A stretch of 64,000 nucleotides of DNA. It comes from Opitutaceae bacterium. GTDB taxonomy: Bacteria; Verrucomicrobiota; Verrucomicrobiia; Opitutales; Opitutaceae. Shown here piece by piece: positions 48,501 to 56,721 of this stretch (positions are counted from its first letter, which is position 1; every line of letters begins with the position of its first letter). Position numbers and translations under genes: made by a program. The notes under the pieces are model-generated. The model saw nothing but the letters and a program-made list of their open reading frames with translations, had not been told where the DNA came from and searched no databases. The DNA lies in contig JANJTQ010000182.1 in assembly GCA_024711005.1 (NCBI GenBank), positions 3,294 through 67,293 of the forward strand, written 5' to 3'.

Positions 48501-49036
48501 GCGGTATAGGGCAGACGGAGCAAGTCGGAGGGATGGCGCAGCGCAAAACCCAGCATGCGCGAAAAGGTGAGCTTGGGCACGGCGAGTTTGTCGTCGGGCA
48601 CAGGCAAACCACCCTCGGCGATGTGGAAAACACCCTGGGTGGTGCGGCGGTCGTTGGCGGGGTTGTGAAGAACGCCGTTGTGCAGACGGAAGCTCTTCAG
48701 AAGCGGAGAGTCGACCGTGTCGCCATCGGCCGGTAACGAGAGTTCACGGGCAAGTCCGGGCTGATCGAGCACGAAGGTATGCGCGGGAAGACTGGGTGCC
48801 GGACCGGTTTCGGAGAGGTACGCATTGAGAAAATGCTGAATACGCTCGTCGACCGGCGGGAGCTGATGGGCGAGCCGGCGAGTGATCTCGCGCTGCTGCG
48901 CAAACAGAGGAGCGGCGACTCCGGTGAGATCAACCCCGGCACCACCGGCGACGGGGGAACAACCAAGGAGGCCCAATCGAAGATTGATGGCGAGGCGAAG
49001 CTGTTCAGGCGTGAGGGAGTTGGTCGTCGTGGTCAT
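45599..49036 (-). CDS. PPi-dependent phosphoenolpyruvate carboxykinase (PEP carboxytransphosphorylase type)
   Basis: About 1145 aa; '[16 protein letters not shown]...EEEHAGGA', '[17 protein letters not shown]', '[23 protein letters not shown]', recognised from the PPi-PEPCK family. Confidence 0.85.
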   Translation of the reverse strand: [1145 protein letters not shown]

Positions 49037-49188
49037 TGCGCAGAGGATGTCTGTAGTTGAAGCGAAAGGATTTTAAAGCAAACACCGAGCCTCAACCACG
49101 CATGTATTGTAAAGAACTGCGCATTCTTGGGGGGACGATGAACCGAAGCAAAACGCGTCGTCATATCGCATCCGATTCACGACCCATT

Positions 49189-49914
49189 TCACCCGGTGAT
49201 CGCGTTCCAGATCAGCTGATATAACTTCTGTCCGAAGATCGCAAAGAGGGCGAAAAACACGCCGTTAAGCGCGAAGGCCAGATAGCCCGCGAGAATGAAG
49301 CGGCCGTCGCGTTCGAGCAGGCCGCCGGCCATGATGACGATGCAGAGTGCGGGCGGAAAATTCGCTCCGGGCGGCAACGGCAACAACAACACGAGCGCGG
49401 CGACGAAAATGATGAAGGCGTGCAACTGCCCGAGCAACGGAGAGGCGGTGAGCCAGAGCTGGCGCGGCTTCAACATCACTTCAAGTAAACGCAGAATGCG
49501 GCGTGCTCCACCGAGGAGCGTGGGGAAAAACTTCGGCGGCAGCGGTCGATCCAGCAGACGTGCGGGGAGCCAGGGTTTTTGTCCGAGGGTCAGACGCAGC
49601 GCAATGACCGCGATCACCAGGCCGAGCACACTGGAAAGCCCCGGGAGCGGCATCGGCAGCAAGAACGGCAACGACAGCAAAAGCATGAGGAGATTATAGG
49701 CGCGCCCATGAAGGACGCCGATCACCTCGCGCAGCGTCACGCTGCGCATGTGGAACTCGAGAATGAGCTGATCCATGACCTCGGACAGCTTGCGCGGAGG
49801 GGGTCCGGGAAAACGCACGATAACGTTTTCCTCGCTCGCGGCCCCCGCCGCATCCGTCGCCGGGTCGGTCGGTGATCGCAGGGCGCCCAAATCAGGTTCC
49901 TCGTTTGTTGCCAT
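49189..49914 (-). CDS. ExoD-family exopolysaccharide biosynthesis protein
   Basis: 'LSLPFLLPMPLPGLSSVLG', 'KPWLPARLL', 'NFPPA..GGLLERDG'. Confidence 0.85.
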   Translation of the reverse strand: MATNEEPDLGALRSPTDPATDAAGAASEENVIVRFPGPPPRKLSEVMDQLILEFHMRSVTLREVIGVLHGRAYNLLMLLLSLPFLLPMPLPGLSSVLGLVIAVIALRLTLGQKPWLPARLLDRPLPPKFFPTLLGGARRILRLLEVMLKPRQLWLTASPLLGQLHAFIIFVAALVLLLPLPPGANFPPALCIVIMAGGLLERDGRFILAGYLAFALNGVFFALFAIFGQKLYQLIWNAITG

Positions 49915-50584
49915 ACAGCTCGATGTGCAGGCGATGAGCGTAACGATAACCGCGGGTTTTGCAAAATTCACCCAGCCACGCCGCGCGTTCGCGCATCTGC
50001 TCGAGCGAGGTCGCCTCCGGCATCAGCAGGATTTTGTGCGGAGGGATCACGCGCCCAAGGGAGGCGAGAAGACTTTCGAGTTCCGAGATATCGGCGGGGG
50101 TCGAGACAACGAACTTGAACTGATATGCATAGCCATCGACCCAGGCGCGAACAGCATCGGGATTCCACCGGGTGGCTTCATGGCGTTCCTGCCACGCGAT
50201 GGGCAGGCGTCCGTCGGGCGTGGAGTTGGCCAACTTCGGTGAAAGCGAGGCGAGGTCGCAGGCGATCCCTCCGGGAGCAACCGTCGCGGCGGTTTCAATC
50301 GTGATATGGCGTCCGTCGTCACGCAGCGCGGCGGCGAGTTCACGAATGTTCTTGGCGATCATCGGCTCGCCCCCGGTGAGGACGACGTGGTGAGCGGGAT
50401 GCGTGCGGACTTCGGCGACCAGATCGTCAATCGAGCGCTCGGCGCCCTCGGGATTCCACGAGGCGTAAGGCGTGTCGCACCAATTACAGCGCAGGTTACA
50501 GCCAGCGGTGCGGATAAAAACCGACGGAACTCCCGTGAGCTCACCTTCGCCTTGCAGGGAATAAAATGTTTCTGAAATCAACAT
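49892..50584 (-). CDS. queE: 7-carboxy-7-deazaguanine synthase (radical SAM)
   Basis: FYSLQGEG, GCNLRCNWCDT, LTGGEP, SLSPKL, RLHIELY. Confidence 0.93.
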   Translation of the reverse strand: MLISETFYSLQGEGELTGVPSVFIRTAGCNLRCNWCDTPYASWNPEGAERSIDDLVAEVRTHPAHHVVLTGGEPMIAKNIRELAAALRDDGRHITIETAATVAPGGIACDLASLSPKLANSTPDGRLPIAWQERHEATRWNPDAVRAWVDGYAYQFKFVVSTPADISELESLLASLGRVIPPHKILLMPEATSLEQMRERAAWLGEFCKTRGYRYAHRLHIELYGNKRGT

Positions 50585-50681
50585 GGGGAAATAGGGAGCG
50601 GTAGGCGGAGGACGATTCTTCTACAAAACACCGAATCATCCCCGCCGCCACACAAGTCACGCGCGCCAAAAAGCCGGCCGC

Positions 50682-51371
50682 TCACGCCTGCGTCGGCCGC
50701 TCCGGAAGCGGCCCGTTTTCAATGTAGACCGTGGGATCGGTGAGGCCGGCCGCGAGAAAGGCCTCGCGGCGCTCCACGCACGTGCCGCACGTGCCACAAT
50801 GGACGGCGCCGCCTTTGTAACAGGACCAGGTTTGCGCAAAATCGACACCGAGCCGCACTCCGGTCGTCGCAATCTCGGCCTTGTTCATGGCAATGAAGGG
50901 CCGGAGCAATTGAATGCCCGCATAGGTGCCCAGTTTCATCGCGTCAGCCATCGCGCGCATAAAGTCCTCGCGGCAATCCGGGTAGATCGCGTGGTCGCCG
51001 CCATGCGCGGCGATGACAAGGCCCTCGGCCCCCGCGCTCTCGGCAAATCCGGTGGCGATGGAAAGCATCACCGCATTCCGAAACGGCACGACGGTCTGCT
51101 TCATGTTTTCAGCCTCGTAGTGTCCGTCGGGAATGGGCCCGCCCGACGTAAGCAGATCGGAGGCAAAAAGCCGGTTGACGAAGTCCAGCTTCACAATCTC
51201 GTGGCGCAAACCGAGTCGTGCTGCGTGGTCGGCGGCAAAGGGCAACTCGCGAGGGTTATGCTTGGCCCCGTAATCAAAACTGATGACCGCGGCCACGACA
51301 TGGTGAACCTGCGCCCAGTAGAGCGCGGCCACCGAATCCATCCCGCCGGAACATAACACCACAACCTTCAT
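50682..51371 (-). CDS. queC: 7-cyano-7-deazaguanine synthase
   Basis: SGGMDS, VPFRN, YPDCR, TWSCY..HCGTCGTC. Confidence 0.96.
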   Translation of the reverse strand: MKVVVLCSGGMDSVAALYWAQVHHVVAAVISFDYGAKHNPRELPFAADHAARLGLRHEIVKLDFVNRLFASDLLTSGGPIPDGHYEAENMKQTVVPFRNAVMLSIATGFAESAGAEGLVIAAHGGDHAIYPDCREDFMRAMADAMKLGTYAGIQLLRPFIAMNKAEIATTGVRLGVDFAQTWSCYKGGAVHCGTCGTCVERREAFLAAGLTDPTVYIENGPLPERPTQA

Positions 51372-51513
51372 GTTCCCGTGATCGCGGCAAACTGCGCCCC
51401 AAAGCGCAAAGGCAAATTCACCCGTCTGCCGCGCCGTTCCGGCCCACCCGGCCCTGAAACCAAGTATTTCACGCTTCCGTCCGCCGCCGCTTCCCCGTTT
51501 CTTTGGCGGCACG

Positions 51514-52635
51514 TTGAACGAGCAGACCCTTCCCGCCTACATCCTCATCGAGACCCCCAACCAGCTCGAACCGCTGCTGGCGGCGCTCGACCGCGTCGAC
51601 GAAGTCGCCCTCGATACCGAGGCGGACAACATGTTCCACTACCGCACCCGCGTGTGCCTTCTCCAGTTCCTGGTGGACGGACATATTTTCCTCGTCGATG
51701 TGCTCGCTCCGCTCCCGCTCGATGCACTCTGGGAAAAGCTCGCGACCAAGCACCTCTTGATGCACGGCAGCGACTTCGACCTTCGCCTGCTGGCCGATCT
51801 GTGCCAGTTTCGACCCAAAAGCATCTTCGATACCATGCTGGCCGCCCAGCTCCTCAACCGCCAGCGCATCGGTCTCGCCGCGCTCCTGGAGCAACACTTC
51901 GGCGTGATCCTCGACAAGGAAGGCCAGAAGGCCAACTGGTCCAAACGCCCGCTCACCAAAAAACTCCTCGATTACGCCGCGCTCGACGTGTGGCACCTGC
52001 CCGCCCTCCGCGACATTCTTACCCGCGAACTCGCCCAACTCGATCGCCTCGACTGGCTGGACCAACAATGCCAGCGACAGATCGAATCCGGTCTTTTGGG
52101 ATTCCCTCGCGATGATGAAAATGACTGGCGCATCGGCCGCGCCGAACGCCTCCGTGGGCGCGGGCTGGGCGTGCTTCATGCCGTCTGGCACTGGAGGGAA
52201 GAATGGGCGCAGAACCTTGATGTCCCTCCTTTTAAGGTCTGCAGTTCCGACCTTCTCCTCAGCATCGCCTACGCCGCCGAGGACGGCGACTCCCTCGAAG
52301 GTATCATGGCGAAGGTCAATCTCGGCAAGCGCCACGACCGCCTCGCCCCCACGCTCACCACCGCGCTCCGCCAAGGTATGGGTCGCGATCCACAAACGCT
52401 TCCCCGTCGCCGCCGCTCGGATACGGCGCCGCTCACTCAAGCCGAGGTCGCTCTTCAGGACCGCATCAAAGCCGATCGCGACCGCATCGCCGCCGGTCTC
52501 GCGATCGAAGCCACCCTCATCGCCAATCGCGCCCAGCTCGCCTTGATCGCCCGCGATCCCGCCAAGCTCGACGAGATTCTCCTGCCCTGGCAGGCGGACC
52601 TCCTCCGCGACGAACCGTCGCTCAAATCCGTTTGA
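51514..52635 (+). CDS. rnd: Ribonuclease D family 3'-5' exonuclease with HRDC domain
   Basis: ALDTEAD, LMHGSDFD, FDTMLAA, ANWSKRPL, YAALDV. Confidence 0.88.
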   Translation: MNEQTLPAYILIETPNQLEPLLAALDRVDEVALDTEADNMFHYRTRVCLLQFLVDGHIFLVDVLAPLPLDALWEKLATKHLLMHGSDFDLRLLADLCQFRPKSIFDTMLAAQLLNRQRIGLAALLEQHFGVILDKEGQKANWSKRPLTKKLLDYAALDVWHLPALRDILTRELAQLDRLDWLDQQCQRQIESGLLGFPRDDENDWRIGRAERLRGRGLGVLHAVWHWREEWAQNLDVPPFKVCSSDLLLSIAYAAEDGDSLEGIMAKVNLGKRHDRLAPTLTTALRQGMGRDPQTLPRRRRSDTAPLTQAEVALQDRIKADRDRIAAGLAIEATLIANRAQLALIARDPAKLDEILLPWQADLLRDEPSLKSV

Positions 52636-52709
52636 AAGACGTCCCTTAATTTCTCCGTTTCCTACGCTTGCCAAAGCCCCGGCCAACTCACACGTTCCCC
52701 CATTCCCCT

Positions 52710-52967
52710 ATGAAATCCAAGACCCTCCTTACCCTTGCGATTTGCGCTGTAGCCGCCTCTTTGTTCTCCGGCTGCTCCACGCAGAAAACTCGCACAGGCC
52801 GCAACAACAGCTTCCTCGGCGGTTTGGTCACCTACGACACCGGCAGCTACCGCTCGGTCAGCGCCAACACCATTGACGTGGACGCCACCCAGTTTCTCGG
52901 GCGTGTCAATCCCTCCGGCGACAAGCTGTCGTTGGGTTGGGGTGCCCTCACCCTGCACGACTACTGA
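52710..52967 (+). CDS. Small lipoprotein of unknown function
   Basis: Lipobox LFSG-C. Confidence 0.75.
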   Translation: MKSKTLLTLAICAVAASLFSGCSTQKTRTGRNNSFLGGLVTYDTGSYRSVSANTIDVDATQFLGRVNPSGDKLSLGWGALTLHDY

Positions 52968-52993
52968 GCCGTCTGCACCTCCATCCCTTCCCG

Positions 52994-53033
52994 ACCCCGC
53001 GTCCGGCCTTTGCGCCGCGCGGGGTTTTTCTTT
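52994..53033 (+). terminator. Intrinsic terminator
   Basis: accccgcg ... cgcggggt followed by ttttcttt. Confidence 0.7.
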
Positions 53034-53070
53034 GCCTCCGCACGCCGATACGTGAGGTTTTCCGCCACCC

Positions 53071-54747
53071 GTGTCTCCGGATAACGCCAACATCGCCCGT
53101 CACCTCGCCCACATGGCTGCGCGGCAGCCTCACACCCCCGCGCTGAAAATTCCCCGCGGCCGCACCCGCTCGGGCGACATCGACTATCTCTCGCTCTCCT
53201 TCGCCGAACTGGCCGCCGAAGTCGCCGCCTGGCGGGCCACGTTGGTCGCGCGCAACGTGCGCTCCGGCGACCGCGTCCTCGTGATGGTAAAGCCCGGCCT
53301 GCCCCTCATTGCCGCCGCCTTCGCCCTTTTCAGCCACGGCGCCGTACCGGTCGTCATCGACCCTGGCATGGGACGCAAAAGCTTCCTCGCTTGCGTCGAA
53401 CGCTCCGCCCCCCGCGCGCTTCTCGGCATCCCGCTGGCCCGCATCATCAGCCATATTTATCGAAAAGCCTTCCGCTCCGTCGAGGTGCGCATCCCCGCCA
53501 GCAGTTCCCCCACCGCGCGGATGCGCACCGAATCTGCTCCTTCGAACGCAAAACTCCAGATGGTCGAGAGCGCCCCTTCCGATCTCGCCGCCATTCTTTT
53601 CACCTCCGGCTCCACCGGGACACCCAAAGGCGTGCGCTACTCGCACGGCATGTTCAACGCGCAAGTGGAGCTCATCCGCGCCGCCTACAACATCCAGCCC
53701 GGCGAGATCGACCTGCCCATGCTGCCGGTATTCGCCCTGTTTAATCCCGCCCTTGGCATGACCACCATCGTGCCGGAGATCGACCCGAGCCACCCGGCCT
53801 CGGTCGATCCCCAAAAAATCATTCAGGCCATCCGCCAGGAACACGTCACCAGCTCCTTCGGTTCCCCCACCCTCTGGCGCAAGATCGCCGTCCACTGTCA
53901 CCGACATCAGATCGGGTTGCCCACCATGAAACGCGTGCTCTGCGCCGGAGCGCCCGTGCCGCCGGACCTGTGGAGCCTGATGATCCCGGTGCTGCCCAAC
54001 GGCGCCCTCCACAGTCCCTACGGAGCAACCGAATCGCTTCCCGTCAGCACCATCAGCGCCGAGGAAATTCTCGCCGGCCCCGCCGAGGCCGCCCAACACG
54101 GCGCCGGCACGTGCATCGGCCGCCCCCTTCCCGCCAACGAGGTCAGGATCATCGCGCTCACCGACACGCCCATCGCCCACCTCGCCGACACCCGCGAACT
54201 CCCCGTCGGCCAGATCGGCGAAATCATTGTCCGCGGCCCGACCGTGACCCACGCCTACGATGGCCTGCCCGAAGCCACCGCCGCCGCCAAAATCACGAAC
54301 TCCGCAAACGGCGAAATCTGGCACCGCTTGGGCGACGCCGGTTATCTCGATGCCGACGGCCGACTCTGGTTCTGCGGACGCAAAGCCGAGCGCGTCGACA
54401 CCACCGCCGGCCCCCTCCACACCGAACAGGTTGAACCCATTTTCAACGCCCATGCCAACGTACGGCGCTCGGCGCTCATCGGCCTCGGCGAACGCGGACG
54501 CCAACGCCTCGCCGTCGTGATCGAACCGGTCTCCGCCGGGCTGATTCGCACCAGCACCGACTGTCGCCGGTTCGCGCGCGAGTTGCGCGAAATCGCCAAA
54601 CGCTTCCCGCACACCTCGGGGATCAAGCTCTACTATTTCCACGAACGCTTCCCGGTCGACGTACGCCACAACGCCAAAATCCATCGTCTCGCCCTCGCCC
54701 GCTGGGCCGTCACCGCAAAAGGCTACGAATCCGACCCCAAACGCTGA
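53071..54747 (+). CDS. oleC: OleC-like adenylating enzyme (olefin beta-lactone synthetase family)
   Basis: FTSGSTGTPKG, PYGATESLPV, 'GAGTCIG', 'WHRLGDAG', 'FPVDVRHNAKI'. Confidence 0.85.
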   Translation: MSPDNANIARHLAHMAARQPHTPALKIPRGRTRSGDIDYLSLSFAELAAEVAAWRATLVARNVRSGDRVLVMVKPGLPLIAAAFALFSHGAVPVVIDPGMGRKSFLACVERSAPRALLGIPLARIISHIYRKAFRSVEVRIPASSSPTARMRTESAPSNAKLQMVESAPSDLAAILFTSGSTGTPKGVRYSHGMFNAQVELIRAAYNIQPGEIDLPMLPVFALFNPALGMTTIVPEIDPSHPASVDPQKIIQAIRQEHVTSSFGSPTLWRKIAVHCHRHQIGLPTMKRVLCAGAPVPPDLWSLMIPVLPNGALHSPYGATESLPVSTISAEEILAGPAEAAQHGAGTCIGRPLPANEVRIIALTDTPIAHLADTRELPVGQIGEIIVRGPTVTHAYDGLPEATAAAKITNSANGEIWHRLGDAGYLDADGRLWFCGRKAERVDTTAGPLHTEQVEPIFNAHANVRRSALIGLGERGRQRLAVVIEPVSAGLIRTSTDCRRFARELREIAKRFPHTSGIKLYYFHERFPVDVRHNAKIHRLALARWAVTAKGYESDPKR

Positions 54748-54767
54748 ACACCCAATCGCCCATCAGA

Positions 54768-54886
54768 GGTAGGCCGCCTGCTTGCAGGCGCGGTTCGGAG
54801 CGCGAACCGATGATGGACTTTCGCCACGCCCGCAATACGGCCTTGCACGGAGAATTTATTACCGAAGACCACCCGTCACTCCCTAC
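54768..54886. repeat. GTAG-type REP-like doublet between oleC and oleD
   Basis: GGTAGG followed by CGCCTGC-TT-GCAGGCG; distal end CTCCCTAC. Confidence 0.6.
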
Positions 54887-54918
54887 TGCCAATTCAGTGG
54901 TTCGCCTCCGCTCTTCAC

Positions 54919-56073
54919 GTGTCCTCCACGCTTAACAGCACCTCCGCACTCGTCACCGGCGGCACCGGCTTCCTCGGTCGCCGCATCGTCGAGCGACTGC
55001 TTGCGCAAGGCCGTCCCGTCACCGTGCTCGGCCGCACACCCGCGCCCGACCTGGAAGCGCGCGGCGTGCGCTTTATCCGCGCCTCACTCGACGACACCCA
55101 GGCCGTGCAGGCCGCCTGCCGCGGGATAGCAACGGTGTTTCACGTCGCCGCAAAAGTAGGGGTATGGGGGCGCTACGAGGATTTTTATCGCACCAACGTC
55201 CTCGGCACACGCGCACTGCTCGCCGGTTGCCGCGAGCACGGCGTCACCCGTTTCGTCCACACGAGCACGCCCAGCGTAGTGTATAACGGATACGACCTTG
55301 CCGGTGCCGACGAAAGCCTCCCGCTCACCTCCCGTTGCCCCAGCCCGTATCCGTTGACCAAGGCCCTCGCCGAACGCGATGTGCTCGCCGCCAACACGGA
55401 GGCTCTGCGCACGGTGGCCCTTCGTCCCCATCTCATCTGGGGTGCGGGTGATCCGCATCTCGTTCCCCGGGTCCTCGCCCGTGCGCGCGCCGGCCGGCTC
55501 CGCATCATCGGCAAAGGACAAAACCGGGTCGACATGGTCCACGTCGAAAACGCCGTCGATGCCCACCTCGCCGCCGAACTCGCCCTCCTCGACCCCACCG
55601 GACATCGCCCATCCCAACCCGATCCCGCTTGTCACTTAATAAGTGACAAAACTCCGGAAGAGCTTGGATACAAAAAAGTAGATAGGGACAACCCGGGGCC
55701 ATGCGCGGCCGGAAAGGCTTATTTCATCACCAATGGCGAGCCCGTTGTGCTGTGGGATTGGATCAACGGCCTGCTCGTCGGGCTGGGTGAACCGCCGGTA
55801 ACCAAACGTATTCCGCTGGGCGCGGCCTCGGTGATCGGCGCTCTGTGCGAAGCCGCCTGGCGCGTGCAGCCCCTCAAAGGCGAACCACCCATGACCCGCT
55901 TCATCGCCGCCGAACTCGCAAAGGACCACTGGTTCTCCATCGACGCCGCCCGGCGCGATTTAAACTACGTTCCGCGCATCAGCATGGCGGAGGGCACGGC
56001 GGAGCTGATCGCGTCATTGAAGCGGCCTGGTTCCTCCGACCTGAGCACGGCGTCCGCGGGATTCTCAGTGTAA
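54919..56073 (+). CDS. oleD: OleD-like NAD-dependent 3-beta-HSD/epimerase family reductase, with an in-frame repeat insertion
   Basis: TGGTGFLG, HTSTPSV, YPLTK, LRPHLIWG, AGKAYFITNGEP, 'PPMTRF'; directly after oleC. Confidence 0.85.
   Translation: MSSTLNSTSALVTGGTGFLGRRIVERLLAQGRPVTVLGRTPAPDLEARGVRFIRASLDDTQAVQAACRGIATVFHVAAKVGVWGRYEDFYRTNVLGTRALLAGCREHGVTRFVHTSTPSVVYNGYDLAGADESLPLTSRCPSPYPLTKALAERDVLAANTEALRTVALRPHLIWGAGDPHLVPRVLARARAGRLRIIGKGQNRVDMVHVENAVDAHLAAELALLDPTGHRPSQPDPACHLISDKTPEELGYKKVDRDNPGPCAAGKAYFITNGEPVVLWDWINGLLVGLGEPPVTKRIPLGAASVIGALCEAAWRVQPLKGEPPMTRFIAAELAKDHWFSIDAARRDLNYVPRISMAEGTAELIASLKRPGSSDLSTASAGFSV
55629..55649. repeat. Palindromic repeat family A inside the oleD coding sequence
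   Basis: ttgtcacttaataagtgacaa, translated as CHLISDK. Confidence 0.9.
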
Positions 56074-56104
56074 CTCGCGACCAAATCCGCTGTCGTGTGC
56101 CCCG

Positions 56105-56620
56105 ATGGAAGCCTATCTCGTTTGGACCCTCACAATCGTGCTCACCGTGATCGGCGTGGCCGGCGTGGTGATTCCCGTGCTGCCCGGCACCACGTTGATC
56201 CTGCTGGCGATGATCGCCCATAAGTTTCTACGCCCCGAAGACATTTCGTGGATGGTCATCGGTTGGATCGCGGGGTTCTGGCTGCTGTCGGTCATCATCG
56301 ATTTCGCCGGCGTCATCCTCGGCACAAAACTCTTCGGCGGCGGCAAGTGGGGCATGATCGGCGCCGGTGGCGGAGCCGTCATCGGAATGTTTTTCTCCCT
56401 GCCCATGCTCATCCTGGGAACCGTGCTCGGAGCGGTCGCGGCGGAAAAATTCATCGCCCAAAAATCCCATCGCGCCTCCCTGATGGCCGGTGCCGGCGCG
56501 GCGGCGGGTTTCATCATCTCAACAGTCGGCCGCCTGGCGTGCGCCTTCGCGATGATCGCGCTTTTCCTTCTGGGCGCGTGGCACGCCATCGAGGCGACCC
56601 ATCTCAATCCAACGTTCTAA
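56105..56620 (+). CDS. DUF456-like membrane protein
   Basis: 'GVVIPVLPGTTLI', Gly-rich TM helices. Confidence 0.8.
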   Translation: MEAYLVWTLTIVLTVIGVAGVVIPVLPGTTLILLAMIAHKFLRPEDISWMVIGWIAGFWLLSVIIDFAGVILGTKLFGGGKWGMIGAGGGAVIGMFFSLPMLILGTVLGAVAAEKFIAQKSHRASLMAGAGAAAGFIISTVGRLACAFAMIALFLLGAWHAIEATHLNPTF

Positions 56621-56721
56621 ACACCGGGCAGGGCCGCCCCGGACGTGCTCACCCGAGGCCGCCACGCCGTCCGAAATGCCCGGCGCTCACCGCAAACAGC
56701 CGGAGGCGCCCGCGTTGGATT

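Noticed and set aside
49189-51371. queC/queE as a DNA 7-deazaguanine modification (dpd) defence island
   Set aside because: No dpdA/tgt-like or other dpd genes nearby; ordinary queuosine biosynthesis is the simpler reading.
51372-51513. preQ1 riboswitch upstream of queC
   Set aside because: No preQ1 stem with an A-rich tail is visible on the minus strand.
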